Of a DNA stretch of 64,000 bases, positions 17,959 through 27,574 are shown in pieces. This DNA is from an uncultured Gammaproteobacteria bacterium (GTDB lineage: Bacteria > Patescibacteriota > Patescibacteriia > CAIXNZ01). The position numbers and the translations under genes are program-made. The notes below the pieces were generated by a model. It was not told the origin of the DNA, made no database searches, and saw only the letters and a list, made by a program, of their open reading frames with translations. Within the stretch, counting starts at the first letter, position 1. Every line of letters begins with the position of its first letter. Where the stretch lies: positions 3,634-67,633 of the forward strand of contig CAZPVP010000003.1 in NCBI GenBank assembly GCA_964590345.1, read 5' to 3'.

Positions 17959-20955
17959 ATGACAAATAATTCGCTTATACTTAATTTTGAACAAAAAAAG
18001 GCAATTACCTTTAGTAAAGGCCCTCTTTTAATTGTGGCAGGGGCTGGTACAGGAAAGACGATGGTAATTACGCAGAGAATTCAGCATTTAATTTTAGATA
18101 AAAATGTTAATACCGATAGGATTTTGGCTCTAACTTTTACTGAAAAAGCAGCAGAAGAAATGGAAGAACGCGTTGATAAACTTTTGCCTTATGGTTATGT
18201 TGATTTATGGATTTCTACTTTTCATTCATTTTGCCAGAAAATTTTAGAGCAGCAGGCAATTGATATTGGTTTGCCTAATGGTTTTAAACTGCTGAATGAA
18301 ACTGCTCAATGGCTTTTAGTGCGCCAAAATTTAGATAAATTTGATTTGGATTATTACAAGCCTTTGGGCAACCCGACTAAATTTATTCAGGCCTTAATCC
18401 GCCATTTTTCCAGAGCTAAAGACGAAGAGGTTTATCCGGAACATTATCTTGAATATGCTCAGACACTTAAGCAAAATGCTGATTCATCTATGAGTGACGA
18501 ACTTTTAGATCAGGAAAGTTTACGTATTAAAGAAATTGCCGAAGCCTATCATGTTTATCAGCAATTGCTTTTAGATAATAATTATTTGGATTTTGGCGAT
18601 TTGATTAATTATACTTTAAAACTTTTTAGAACCAGGCCAAATATTTTAAAAAAATACCAAGAGCAGTTTGAATATATTTTGCTAGATGAGTTTCAGGATA
18701 CAAATTTTGCCCAGTATGATTTAGTTAAGCTTTTAGCTGGTCAAAAGAAAAATTTAACGGTAGTAGGGGATGATGATCAGTCAATTTATAAATTCAGAGG
18801 TGCTTCTGTTTCTAATATATTGCAGTTTAAAAAAGATTTTCCCAAAAGCCAGGAAATTGTTTTAACTATTAATTATCGATCCAATCAAAATATTTTAGAT
18901 TTAGCTTATAATTTTATTCAGTTAAATAATCCTAATCGTTTGGAATATCAATTAAGCAAGCAAAGCAAAATTGATAAAAAAGGTAAATTGAATAAGTTTG
19001 ATAAAAAATTAAAAGCCAATGAGAAAGGCGATGGCCTGATTGAACATATTCATGAAAAGAGCCTTGATTGGGAAGTTGAAGCAATAATTAAAAAGATAGC
19101 GGAATTAAAGAAAAAAGATAAAGAAGCGTCTTGGAGTGATTTTGCTATTTTGGTTAGAGCAAATGATTCTGCTAATCCTTTTATAAATTATTTACGAAGG
19201 ACAGATATTCCTTATCAATTTTTAGCTTTGCGCGGTTTATATAATAAGCCGGTTATCTTGGATATATTTGCTTATTTTAAGCTTTTGGATAATTATCATG
19301 AATCTCCGGCTGTTTTTAGAATTTTATGTTCGCCAGTAGTAGATATTTCTCAAGAAGATATTGTTAAAATTTGTCATCAGGCAAATTGGAAAACCAAATC
19401 AATTTATGAAGTTTTGCAGGAAATTTCAACTTTAAAGGGGATAGCTAAAAAAACTGTTTCTGAAATTAATTTTCTGCTTGGCTTGATTACAAAACACAGT
19501 CAAATGGTTAAGGAAAAAAGTGTGGGAGAAGTTTTAAAAGCTTTTTTAGAAGATTCAGAATATTTGGAAAAATTAGTTAAGCAGGATGAATATGAAAGCA
19601 ATCAGGCCATTTCTTACCTTAATCAGTTTTATAAAAAAATTAAAAAATTTGAAGAATCAGTGGCTGACCCGAATTTAAAAGCTTTTATGCAGGAAATTGA
19701 TTTAGAGCTGGAAGCAGGGGAGCAGGGGCCATTAAGCTTTGATATAGAAGCAGGTCCTGAAATGGTTAAAATCATGACAGTTCATGCAGCCAAAGGGTTA
19801 GAATTTAAATATGTTTTTATACCTAATTTAGTTGATCGCCGTTTTCCCACTAATGAAAGAAAAGAGCCAATTGAATTGCCTGACGAATTAATTAAGGAAA
19901 TTTTGCCTGAGGGGGATATTCATTTGCAAGAGGAGCGCAGGCTTTTTTATGTGGCTATGACTCGGGCTAAGCATGGTTTATTCTTGACCTCAGCAGATGA
20001 TTATGGCGGAGCCAGAAAAAAGAAAATTTCAAGATTTTTAGAGGAATTAGCTGAAACAAATAAAAATTTTAATTTAAGCAAAAAATCATTAAGTTCTGCT
20101 CAATCTCTGGCAGTGTTAAAGGTTGCAGAAAGTGATAAGGGTGTCAAAAATGAAAAGCCTGAATATGAATTACCCAGTCGTTTTTCTTATTCGCAATTGG
20201 CTGCTTTTTCAAAGTGTCCTTATCAGTATAAATTAGGTTTTATTTTACGAGTGCCGGTTTTTGGCAAAGCTGTTTTTTCTTATGGCAAAAGCATGCATAA
20301 AACCCTGGAAGAATTTTTTAAAATGGTTTTAGCAAAAGAGGCCAAGAAACAGGCTGATTTATTTGAAGGCAAAGAAAAAGATAAAAAGAAAATAAAGGAT
20401 TTGGTGAAATTTGATGAATTGATAGAACTTTTAAAAACTCATTGGCTTGATGAATGGTATAAAGATAAAGAACAGCGGGAAAAGTACTATAAACAAGCTC
20501 AAAAAAGTTTAAAAGTTTTTTATGAGCAAGTTAAAGATCAAGTTTGTAAAACCGAAGCAGTTGAAAAGTATTTTAATTTAAAAATAAATGATTTTACAAT
20601 TAAGGGCGTTATAGATAGAATTGACCGTTTGGAAAATAATGCGATTAATATTATTGATTATAAAACTGGTACGCCCAAAGAACAGGATAAATTAAGCTTG
20701 GAAGACAAAATGCAGCTTTTGATTTATCAAATTGCGGCCGAAGAGATTTTGCAGGAGAAAGTCAATAATTTGATTTTTTATTATCTTGATGATAATTCAA
20801 CAGTTGAATTTTTGGGCACTGAAAAAGAAAAAGAAAAAGTTAAGCAAGACATAATTAAAGAAATTGAGGCGATTAATAATTCTAATTTTGCAGCCACGCC
20901 TGGCTGGGTCTGTAAATTTTGCGATTTTAAAAATATTTGCGAATATAAGGTTTAA
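17959..20955 (+). CDS. UvrD/PcrA/AddA-like superfamily 1 helicase fused to a C-terminal Cas4/RecB-like PD-(D/E)XK nuclease carrying a 4-Cys Fe-S cluster
   Basis: Walker A VAGAGTGKT. Nuclease motifs GVIDRIDRL..IIDYKTG. Cys pattern CPYQ...CKFCDFKNIC (1+3 Cys as in Cas4/AddB). Confidence 0.85.
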   Translation: MTNNSLILNFEQKKAITFSKGPLLIVAGAGTGKTMVITQRIQHLILDKNVNTDRILALTFTEKAAEEMEERVDKLLPYGYVDLWISTFHSFCQKILEQQAIDIGLPNGFKLLNETAQWLLVRQNLDKFDLDYYKPLGNPTKFIQALIRHFSRAKDEEVYPEHYLEYAQTLKQNADSSMSDELLDQESLRIKEIAEAYHVYQQLLLDNNYLDFGDLINYTLKLFRTRPNILKKYQEQFEYILLDEFQDTNFAQYDLVKLLAGQKKNLTVVGDDDQSIYKFRGASVSNILQFKKDFPKSQEIVLTINYRSNQNILDLAYNFIQLNNPNRLEYQLSKQSKIDKKGKLNKFDKKLKANEKGDGLIEHIHEKSLDWEVEAIIKKIAELKKKDKEASWSDFAILVRANDSANPFINYLRRTDIPYQFLALRGLYNKPVILDIFAYFKLLDNYHESPAVFRILCSPVVDISQEDIVKICHQANWKTKSIYEVLQEISTLKGIAKKTVSEINFLLGLITKHSQMVKEKSVGEVLKAFLEDSEYLEKLVKQDEYESNQAISYLNQFYKKIKKFEESVADPNLKAFMQEIDLELEAGEQGPLSFDIEAGPEMVKIMTVHAAKGLEFKYVFIPNLVDRRFPTNERKEPIELPDELIKEILPEGDIHLQEERRLFYVAMTRAKHGLFLTSADDYGGARKKKISRFLEELAETNKNFNLSKKSLSSAQSLAVLKVAESDKGVKNEKPEYELPSRFSYSQLAAFSKCPYQYKLGFILRVPVFGKAVFSYGKSMHKTLEEFFKMVLAKEAKKQADLFEGKEKDKKKIKDLVKFDELIELLKTHWLDEWYKDKEQREKYYKQAQKSLKVFYEQVKDQVCKTEAVEKYFNLKINDFTIKGVIDRIDRLENNAINIIDYKTGTPKEQDKLSLEDKMQLLIYQIAAEEILQEKVNNLIFYYLDDNSTVEFLGTEKEKEKVKQDIIKEIEAINNSNFAATPGWVCKFCDFKNICEYKV

Positions 20956-21081
20956 CGATTTAATTTTAGAATAAAGCGAGATAACTATTGTCTTTTTCGC
21001 TTTTTATTTTTAGGAAATTTTTTAATTTTAAGGTATAATATAAATATAAATTTTAAAGTCCAAATAAATTTAAATTAGTAA

Positions 21082-23094
21082 ATGTTCAAACAAAAGAAAA
21101 ATAATAAAATTTGGATAGTTTTTTGTATTTTTTTAACTTTGTTTTTTGTTGGCAGATCAGCAAGCCCGACTTTAGCCAGTTGGGGATATATGGATAATAT
21201 TACCCAAGGCAGCGAAAATATAACAGATAGTGCCAATAATCATGATGATGCTGTTTTAAGAATTTATAATGATAAGCCCAGATTAGCTTGGATTGATGAA
21301 ACAACAGGTGAAGTTTATTATACGCAATGGTCAGGTTCATCTTGGACTTATGCTGATGGCAGCACCAGTGGTTATGAAAATATTTCTAATTTAGGAGCGG
21401 GTAAAAGCTATAATATGAGAATGGAAATTGATTCTAACGGTTATCCAAGAATAGTTTTTGATGAGGCTGTTTCAAATGATTACATTTATTATATCCAATG
21501 GTCAGGTAGCTCATGGACACATGCTGATGGCTCTACTGCTGGTAAAGAAATAATAGTCAGTGATAAAGATGCTAGTAATGCTTTAGCTTTAGCTTTGGAT
21601 GATAATGACAAGCCGCATGTAGCCTGGAGTTATGAAGTAGTTGATTTTGAAATTTATTATACAAAGTGGAATGGTTCTGGTTGGACATATGCTGATAGTA
21701 CAACAAATGGCTATGAGCAGGTTTCTGATTTGCCGGATACAATTGAACAATATCCTACTTTAAAAATATATAACAATAATCCTCGAATAATCAGTGGTGC
21801 TTTTGACAATGGTTATCAAATACAATATATTCAGTGGTCGGGTAGTTCGTGGACACATGCCGATGGCTCTACTGCTGGCTGGGAAAATATAGCTGATCCT
21901 AATTCTGAATCAAACAGTCCCCAGATGGAATTGGCTTCAAATGGCTATCCAAGGGTTATTTGGGTTGACGCGATAAGCCCTAGTGATTTTGATATATATT
22001 ATTCACAATGGTCAGGATCTGCCTGGACATATGCCGATGGCACTACTACTGGTTATGAAAATGTTCATGATAATGATAAGCTTTCATATTTATCACCGCG
22101 TCAGACCGCAATGGAAGGAAGCAATATTGCACTTGATCAAAATGACAGGCCAATGATTGTTTGGCGTAACGATGCTGATGGCAATTTTGATATATATTTT
22201 ACAAAATGGTCGGGTAGTGCTTGGACAAAAGCTGATGGTACAGCTGGTTATGATAATCTTTCTGATTCAACGACCTTTAATTATATTCCCAGAATTGAGT
22301 TGGATTCAGTTGATAATCCCGTAGTTTCTTGGAGCCACAATGCATCTGGCAATAGCGATATATATTATACGCAATGGACACCGGGGGCTGGCGAGACGGT
22401 TTGTGGATCGGGGATAACAGATTGTTGGACAACAGCAGAAGAGACTGTTTCAGGTGTTGATAATGTTTCAAATAATTCAGGAGATTCAATAATTGATGAC
22501 ATGGCTTTAAATTCAGTCAATGCAGCTTATTTTGTCTGGCATGATGATACTGATGGTAATTACGATATATATTTTAGCAGGTGGCTTTATGATCAAGAAG
22601 ATCAGGTAAATATTACTGCCGATGTAGAACCATCATTAACTTTCAATATCTCTTCAGCTATTTGTAATTTGGGAACATTTTCAGCCTCAACAATCAAAAC
22701 TTGCAATTATTATACTGAAGTGGATACTAATGCCAGCGGTGGTTATATCGCTTATATTAAAGAAGATGGTAATTTACGAAATGCGACAAATAGCATTAAT
22801 GACGTGACTGATAATGAAGTAACGGCAGGCAGTGAGGAATATGGAGTTGCAACCAGTGATTCTGATTATGCTTCATTAGATATAAATCAGCAGGTAACAG
22901 ATTGCGCCAGTTTAGATGGAAGTTCAACAGCCTCTGCATCAACTTTAACAACCAGTGATCAGTTATTTGCTATAGCTAATCAGCCTGTTAGCAGCGATAC
23001 TGTTCATCTCTGTTTCTCTGCAGCTATTTCAGGTGATACACCTGCCGGGGCTTATTCTAATACTGTAACAATAACTGTAATTGGCAATTTTTAG
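21082..23094 (+). CDS. secreted protein with eight ~57-aa WSGSxWT repeats (putative beta-propeller) plus a C-terminal chaperone-usher-pilin-like (SCPU/CsuA/B-like) domain
   Basis: Signal peptide. Repeats YYTQWSGSSWTYADGSTSGYENIS x8, one carrying a Cys-loop insertion. C-terminus VEPSLTFNISSAICNLGTF..TCNYYTEV..GYIAYIKEDGNLRN...TPAGAYSNTVTITVIGNF. Confidence 0.6.
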   Translation: MFKQKKNNKIWIVFCIFLTLFFVGRSASPTLASWGYMDNITQGSENITDSANNHDDAVLRIYNDKPRLAWIDETTGEVYYTQWSGSSWTYADGSTSGYENISNLGAGKSYNMRMEIDSNGYPRIVFDEAVSNDYIYYIQWSGSSWTHADGSTAGKEIIVSDKDASNALALALDDNDKPHVAWSYEVVDFEIYYTKWNGSGWTYADSTTNGYEQVSDLPDTIEQYPTLKIYNNNPRIISGAFDNGYQIQYIQWSGSSWTHADGSTAGWENIADPNSESNSPQMELASNGYPRVIWVDAISPSDFDIYYSQWSGSAWTYADGTTTGYENVHDNDKLSYLSPRQTAMEGSNIALDQNDRPMIVWRNDADGNFDIYFTKWSGSAWTKADGTAGYDNLSDSTTFNYIPRIELDSVDNPVVSWSHNASGNSDIYYTQWTPGAGETVCGSGITDCWTTAEETVSGVDNVSNNSGDSIIDDMALNSVNAAYFVWHDDTDGNYDIYFSRWLYDQEDQVNITADVEPSLTFNISSAICNLGTFSASTIKTCNYYTEVDTNASGGYIAYIKEDGNLRNATNSINDVTDNEVTAGSEEYGVATSDSDYASLDINQQVTDCASLDGSSTASASTLTTSDQLFAIANQPVSSDTVHLCFSAAISGDTPAGAYSNTVTITVIGNF

Positions 23095-23114
23095 ATACCA
23101 AATAAAATATCATT

Positions 23115-24434
23115 TTGATTATGCTTGATTTTTTTTTAAAGCCGAGAGGATCTTTTTATATAATTTTTGTTTTTTTAATATTTTTTTTATTGCCGCAAAA
23201 GTCAGTTGCTTCAAGCTTGCATACTTTAAGCGATAAAATGAGCCGCCATGCGCCGTCTACGCCGGCTGACCATGAAATAAAGTTTACTACGCCAAGCGGG
23301 ATTAATAATTCAGGGGAATATCTAAGGATTATTTTTGACAGCGGCTTTGATTTGTCATCAATACAATATACTGATATTGATTTATACCATGGACCGATAA
23401 CTGGTTTTGAAAAGAGTGAAGTTTTGAGACCGACAGCCGTGGAGACTGCCTGGGGAGTTAATGTCTCCGGTAATCAAATTGATTTTACTCATCCGACAAA
23501 TAATGCAAATGGCGATATTTTAGCTAATGATAAAGTAGTAATTAGGATTGGTTTGAATGCTCAAAATGGACAATATCAAATAATAAATCCAAGTACAACC
23601 GGTTCAAAAATTATAACTTTAAGCGGTAATTACGGCGATTCTGGTAAATTAGCCGTGGCCATTTTTGAAGATCAGCTCGTTGTCGGTGGCCAAACAGAAA
23701 ATTCACCCCCCAATCCTGTTACTTTATATTCGCCGTCAAATATTACCGCTAATTCTATGGTTTTGAGCTGGAGCAAAAATATTGATATTGATTTTGATCG
23801 CTACGAACTTTATATGGCTGAAAATACAGGAGTAACTAATGTCAATGGCTCTTTGGTTTGCCTTAATTCGCTTAATTCAGAAACGTCTTGTATTGTAAGT
23901 TCTTTGACTGGTGATAGGGAGTATTTTTTTGTGCTTTATGTTTATGATACAGAAGGGCTTTATTCTGCCTCAAATGAAGTGATGGCAAAAACGTTAAGTG
24001 TCGGAGGCGGTGCGCCACCACAGCCAGCAATGCCAACGCTTGATGAGCGTCTTTGTCCCATATTTTTGTCAAACACTTTATTGTCAGGAACCAAACCATT
24101 AGGAACAATTATTTTTATTAATGGTTCTGCTGAAGGCATAGATTATCCTACTTTAACAAGTTGGAATTCATTAGTTGATTTGAATTTAGGAAATAATTTG
24201 TTTCTAATTTGGGCGCGTGATAATTATGGCCAAAATAGCGAAGTTTTAAATGCTACGGTTACCCGTTGTGAAGTCGGCGATACAGACTGCAACGGTATTG
24301 TAGATGATTTTGATTTATCTGGATTGGCTTATCATTGGAATACCGCTTGGTGTTACGCTGATTTTAATGAAGATAGTATTGTAGATGATTTTGATTTATC
24401 TGGATTGGCCGCACATTGGGATAAAATATATTAA
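23115..24434 (+). CDS. secreted protein with the shared N-terminal domain of this locus (F.SDFDLS..TDID pattern), an FN3-like domain and a C-terminal dockerin-like duplicated Ca-binding repeat
   Basis: Signal peptide. FN3-like PVTLYSPSNITANSMVLSWS..YELYMAEN. Dockerin-like DTDCNGIVDDFDLSGLAYHW / DFNEDSIVDDFDLSGLAAHW. Confidence 0.55.
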   Translation: MIMLDFFLKPRGSFYIIFVFLIFFLLPQKSVASSLHTLSDKMSRHAPSTPADHEIKFTTPSGINNSGEYLRIIFDSGFDLSSIQYTDIDLYHGPITGFEKSEVLRPTAVETAWGVNVSGNQIDFTHPTNNANGDILANDKVVIRIGLNAQNGQYQIINPSTTGSKIITLSGNYGDSGKLAVAIFEDQLVVGGQTENSPPNPVTLYSPSNITANSMVLSWSKNIDIDFDRYELYMAENTGVTNVNGSLVCLNSLNSETSCIVSSLTGDREYFFVLYVYDTEGLYSASNEVMAKTLSVGGGAPPQPAMPTLDERLCPIFLSNTLLSGTKPLGTIIFINGSAEGIDYPTLTSWNSLVDLNLGNNLFLIWARDNYGQNSEVLNATVTRCEVGDTDCNGIVDDFDLSGLAYHWNTAWCYADFNEDSIVDDFDLSGLAAHWDKIY

Positions 24435-24456
24435 GAAATATAAATATAATTTTAAT

Positions 24457-26682
24457 ATGAAATTTTTAATAAAAGTATTTTTAATTATTTTTTCAGGAAG
24501 TTTGATTTCGCCAATTCTACCAATTCAAGCTGCGGGTGACGCAGTTATGACGTTGAGTTCAATAAAGACTGATTATAATGTTGGAGAGACAGTTTATGTT
24601 GATATTGAGGTTGAGCCAAATGGCGCTTATTTAAATACAGTTAGATCCATTATGGATTTTACTGGCGATGATGTTTTGGTAATAGAGGATTTTAATATTG
24701 GCGATGCATTTCCTTATTTAAGTCCTGATTTTGAATTAAATAATGAAACAAATGATATTAATGTCGGCGGTTTTATTTTGGCTGATTCAGTAAATACAGA
24801 TGCATTATTCGGTACTTTAATTTTTAAAGCTAATTCTGTTGGTTCATCAACAATTAATTTTTTAGATGGCTCGCATTTAATTGATGTTAATCAAGTAGAT
24901 CAAATTAATTTAGCCGGCTGTCAGGGGATTACGATTAATGTAATTGGCGAGCCATTACCTGCACCAACTCCTTCACCAGTTAATCAGCCCCCGGTTTTTC
25001 AGCAGGTTGGTAATAAAAATATAAATTTGGGGGAATCAGTAAATTTTGGCGTTTCTGCCAGTGACCCCGAAGGCGATCCAGTTAATTTAACATGGGAAAT
25101 ACCTGCTGGCGCAAGCTTTAGTAATGTTTTAAATAATGCTGCAGAAGTTGGCGGTGATTTTAGCTGGACACCGGATAAAGAGGGAGTTTATAGCGCGACT
25201 TTTACAGCAGTTGATCCCGAGGATAATATTGCAAATTTAACAGTCAGTATCAGCGTTTCTGTAGAACCTTTACCGCCAAATCATGCCCCGGTTTTTGATC
25301 CTGTTTCAGAAAAGACAGTTAATGCTGGCGAAATTTTAACTTTTAATGTTACAGCTACTGATCCCGATGGCGATAATGTGAGTTTGAAATTAGCTGAATT
25401 AGAAAATGCTGCTTTTAATATAATAACCAGCGGACCGACTTCAACCGGGCGTTTTTCCTGGCAGCCGAAAACTTATGGCATTTATTATGCCTTGTTTGAA
25501 GCAACCGATGATCATCCAGAAAATCCTTTGACTAAAAATTTGCCGGTTAGGATTACTGTTTTTGGCGGTGAATGCCCGCCTTGCGGAGGAGGTGATTGTC
25601 CGATCTGCCAGTGTGAAAAGGAAACCGAAGAATTGCCTGTAATTACAGAGAAAGAACCACCAGTTATAAGTTCACCCAGCCATTCTAATCAAGATAAATG
25701 GTATGCGAAAAATAAGCCGCAATTTAGCTGGCAGGTTGATGATCCTGGCTTGGGTTACCATTTCAATTTGGATGAAAAGCCTTTTACCGATCCGGATTAT
25801 GCCTATTTTTACAGCCAGGAAAACTTTTTTTCATTTACTGAGGTAGCAGACGGCTTTTGGTATTTTCATTTGAAAGTTAAATATGCTGATGGCTGGGGGC
25901 CGGTTTCTCATTATCAGGTGAAAATTGATACTACACCGCCCGAATTTTTTAGGCCGAGTATTGAGCAAAATCAGTTATATTTTTCCAGTTTGGACAAGCA
26001 TTCGGGCGTGGCTTATTATGAAATGAAAATAGGGGAAAATCCTTGGCAAAAAGTCATTAGTCCTTTAAATTTAGATGAATTACCTGAATATAGCTCCCAA
26101 TTAATTTTACGTGCTGTTGATAAAGCCGGTAATGCTATAGAAAGTTATATTGATTTGGATAAAAAAGAAGTTGTGGTAGAAAAAGAGCAAAAAAAATATA
26201 TTGTGGAAGAATTTGCTGAGATAATTGAGCCGCCGGTTATTGAAAACGTTAGCTTTGAACGGCTTCGCGATAAATTAATAGTAGAAGATTATTTGATTGT
26301 TTCTGGACGGGCCATACCAAATTCGTTGGTAACAGTTCATTTATCTACAAAACCCGAAACAGTTTTTTATGCCCAAGCCGATAAAAATGGTAATTGGCAG
26401 GCTAAGCTTAAAAAAGAATTAGCAGCTAAAAAATATAATTTGTATGCTACAGCGACAATTGATGATCTGATTTCTTTGCCGTCGGAAAAAGTTTATTTTT
26501 CATTAGTGGAAAAATTTATGCCAAAAGAAGAAGTTAAATTACCCTTTTGGCTTATTGGTTTAATTGCAATTTTAATTATTTTGGTGATTATTTTGTTGAT
26601 GAAAAATATTTCATTGAGAAAGAAATTGGGCAAATTTCAGTCTATGCTGAAAAAATCAAAAGATAAATTATGGAAAAAATAA
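24457..26682 (+). CDS. membrane-anchored surface protein with an N-terminal cohesin-like domain, tandem cadherin/He_PIG-like Ig repeats, a Cys-rich linker, an Ig-like domain and a C-terminal TM anchor
   Basis: Signal peptide MKFLIKVFLIIFSGSLISPILPIQA (start moved to 24457). Cohesin-like AAGDAVMTLSSIKTDYNVGETVYVDIEV...LFGTLIFKANSVGSSTINF. Ig repeats NQPPVFQQVGNKNINLGE..ASDPEGDPVNLTW and NHAPVFDPVSEKTVNAGE..ATDPDGDNVSL. CPPCGGGDCPICQC. TM anchor FWLIGLIAILIILVIILLM. Confidence 0.55.
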   Translation: MKFLIKVFLIIFSGSLISPILPIQAAGDAVMTLSSIKTDYNVGETVYVDIEVEPNGAYLNTVRSIMDFTGDDVLVIEDFNIGDAFPYLSPDFELNNETNDINVGGFILADSVNTDALFGTLIFKANSVGSSTINFLDGSHLIDVNQVDQINLAGCQGITINVIGEPLPAPTPSPVNQPPVFQQVGNKNINLGESVNFGVSASDPEGDPVNLTWEIPAGASFSNVLNNAAEVGGDFSWTPDKEGVYSATFTAVDPEDNIANLTVSISVSVEPLPPNHAPVFDPVSEKTVNAGEILTFNVTATDPDGDNVSLKLAELENAAFNIITSGPTSTGRFSWQPKTYGIYYALFEATDDHPENPLTKNLPVRITVFGGECPPCGGGDCPICQCEKETEELPVITEKEPPVISSPSHSNQDKWYAKNKPQFSWQVDDPGLGYHFNLDEKPFTDPDYAYFYSQENFFSFTEVADGFWYFHLKVKYADGWGPVSHYQVKIDTTPPEFFRPSIEQNQLYFSSLDKHSGVAYYEMKIGENPWQKVISPLNLDELPEYSSQLILRAVDKAGNAIESYIDLDKKEVVVEKEQKKYIVEEFAEIIEPPVIENVSFERLRDKLIVEDYLIVSGRAIPNSLVTVHLSTKPETVFYAQADKNGNWQAKLKKELAAKKYNLYATATIDDLISLPSEKVYFSLVEKFMPKEEVKLPFWLIGLIAILIILVIILLMKNISLRKKLGKFQSMLKKSKDKLWKK

Positions 26683-27371
26683 TTAAAATTATTTTATTGG
26701 CAGCTATTTTAGCAGTCGCCAAAGAGGCTTTTGCCAGCATGACTAGTGATAATTATAATGTTTGGATTGATAATTTGAGCGCTGGTGGCGGGCGAGTAGA
26801 ATCAACTACTTATAAAATAGATTCCAATTTTAGCAGCCAGACAGGTGATGTGGGGCAAAGTACTAATTTTCAGGAAAAAATTGGTTTTTCCCCTATTGAA
26901 GATGAGCCGACGGTTGGTTTTAATATTGCTTCAGTTACTTTGAATTTTGGAGAGCTTTCCTCAAATTCAACAGCTTATTCAAGTCATACTTTTGCTGCTT
27001 ATACAAATTCCAATGCCGGTTATAGCATTAAGGTTTATGGGCAACCGTTAAATACGGATGATTATACCTTAACAGCAATTGGTAGCACTCCCCAAAGTTC
27101 TGAGGTGGGCACTGAACAATTTGGCATGAATTTAGTTGCTAATACCTTGCCTTTGGTTGGTCAAGATCCTTCTGGCGGTGTTGGTCAAGCAGCAAGCAAT
27201 TATGATTCAGAAAACCAATTTGCTTACAATGAGGGCGATGTGGTTGCCGAAGCCGACAGTTTTTCTTATCAGACAGATTATACTGCTTCAATCATTGTTA
27301 ATATATCTGGCGAGACTCCGTCCGGAGTTTATGATACGATATTAACTTATGAATTTATTCCGGTTTTTTGA
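26670..27371 (+). CDS. small secreted pilin-like subunit with a divergent SCPU/CsuA/B-like C-terminal module
   Basis: Signal peptide. C-terminus LNFGEL...YSIKVYG...TPSGVYDTILTYEFIPVF (an alternating hydrophobic terminal strand like its paralogues). Confidence 0.45.
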   Translation: MEKIIKIILLAAILAVAKEAFASMTSDNYNVWIDNLSAGGGRVESTTYKIDSNFSSQTGDVGQSTNFQEKIGFSPIEDEPTVGFNIASVTLNFGELSSNSTAYSSHTFAAYTNSNAGYSIKVYGQPLNTDDYTLTAIGSTPQSSEVGTEQFGMNLVANTLPLVGQDPSGGVGQAASNYDSENQFAYNEGDVVAEADSFSYQTDYTASIIVNISGETPSGVYDTILTYEFIPVF

Positions 27372-27574
27372 GTTATCCACAGATTTTCATATTCATCATT
27401 TTAAAATTATTTATTTTGTGTTATAATATATTTAAGTCATAAAATTTATTAATAATTATTTTTTGCAAAATCATGGATTTTGTTAAATATTTTATAATAA
27501 GTAATTCATATATATATATATTTAGAAATACTAATTTTTAGTATTTTTATTTTTTTAATAAATATTTAAATTAA

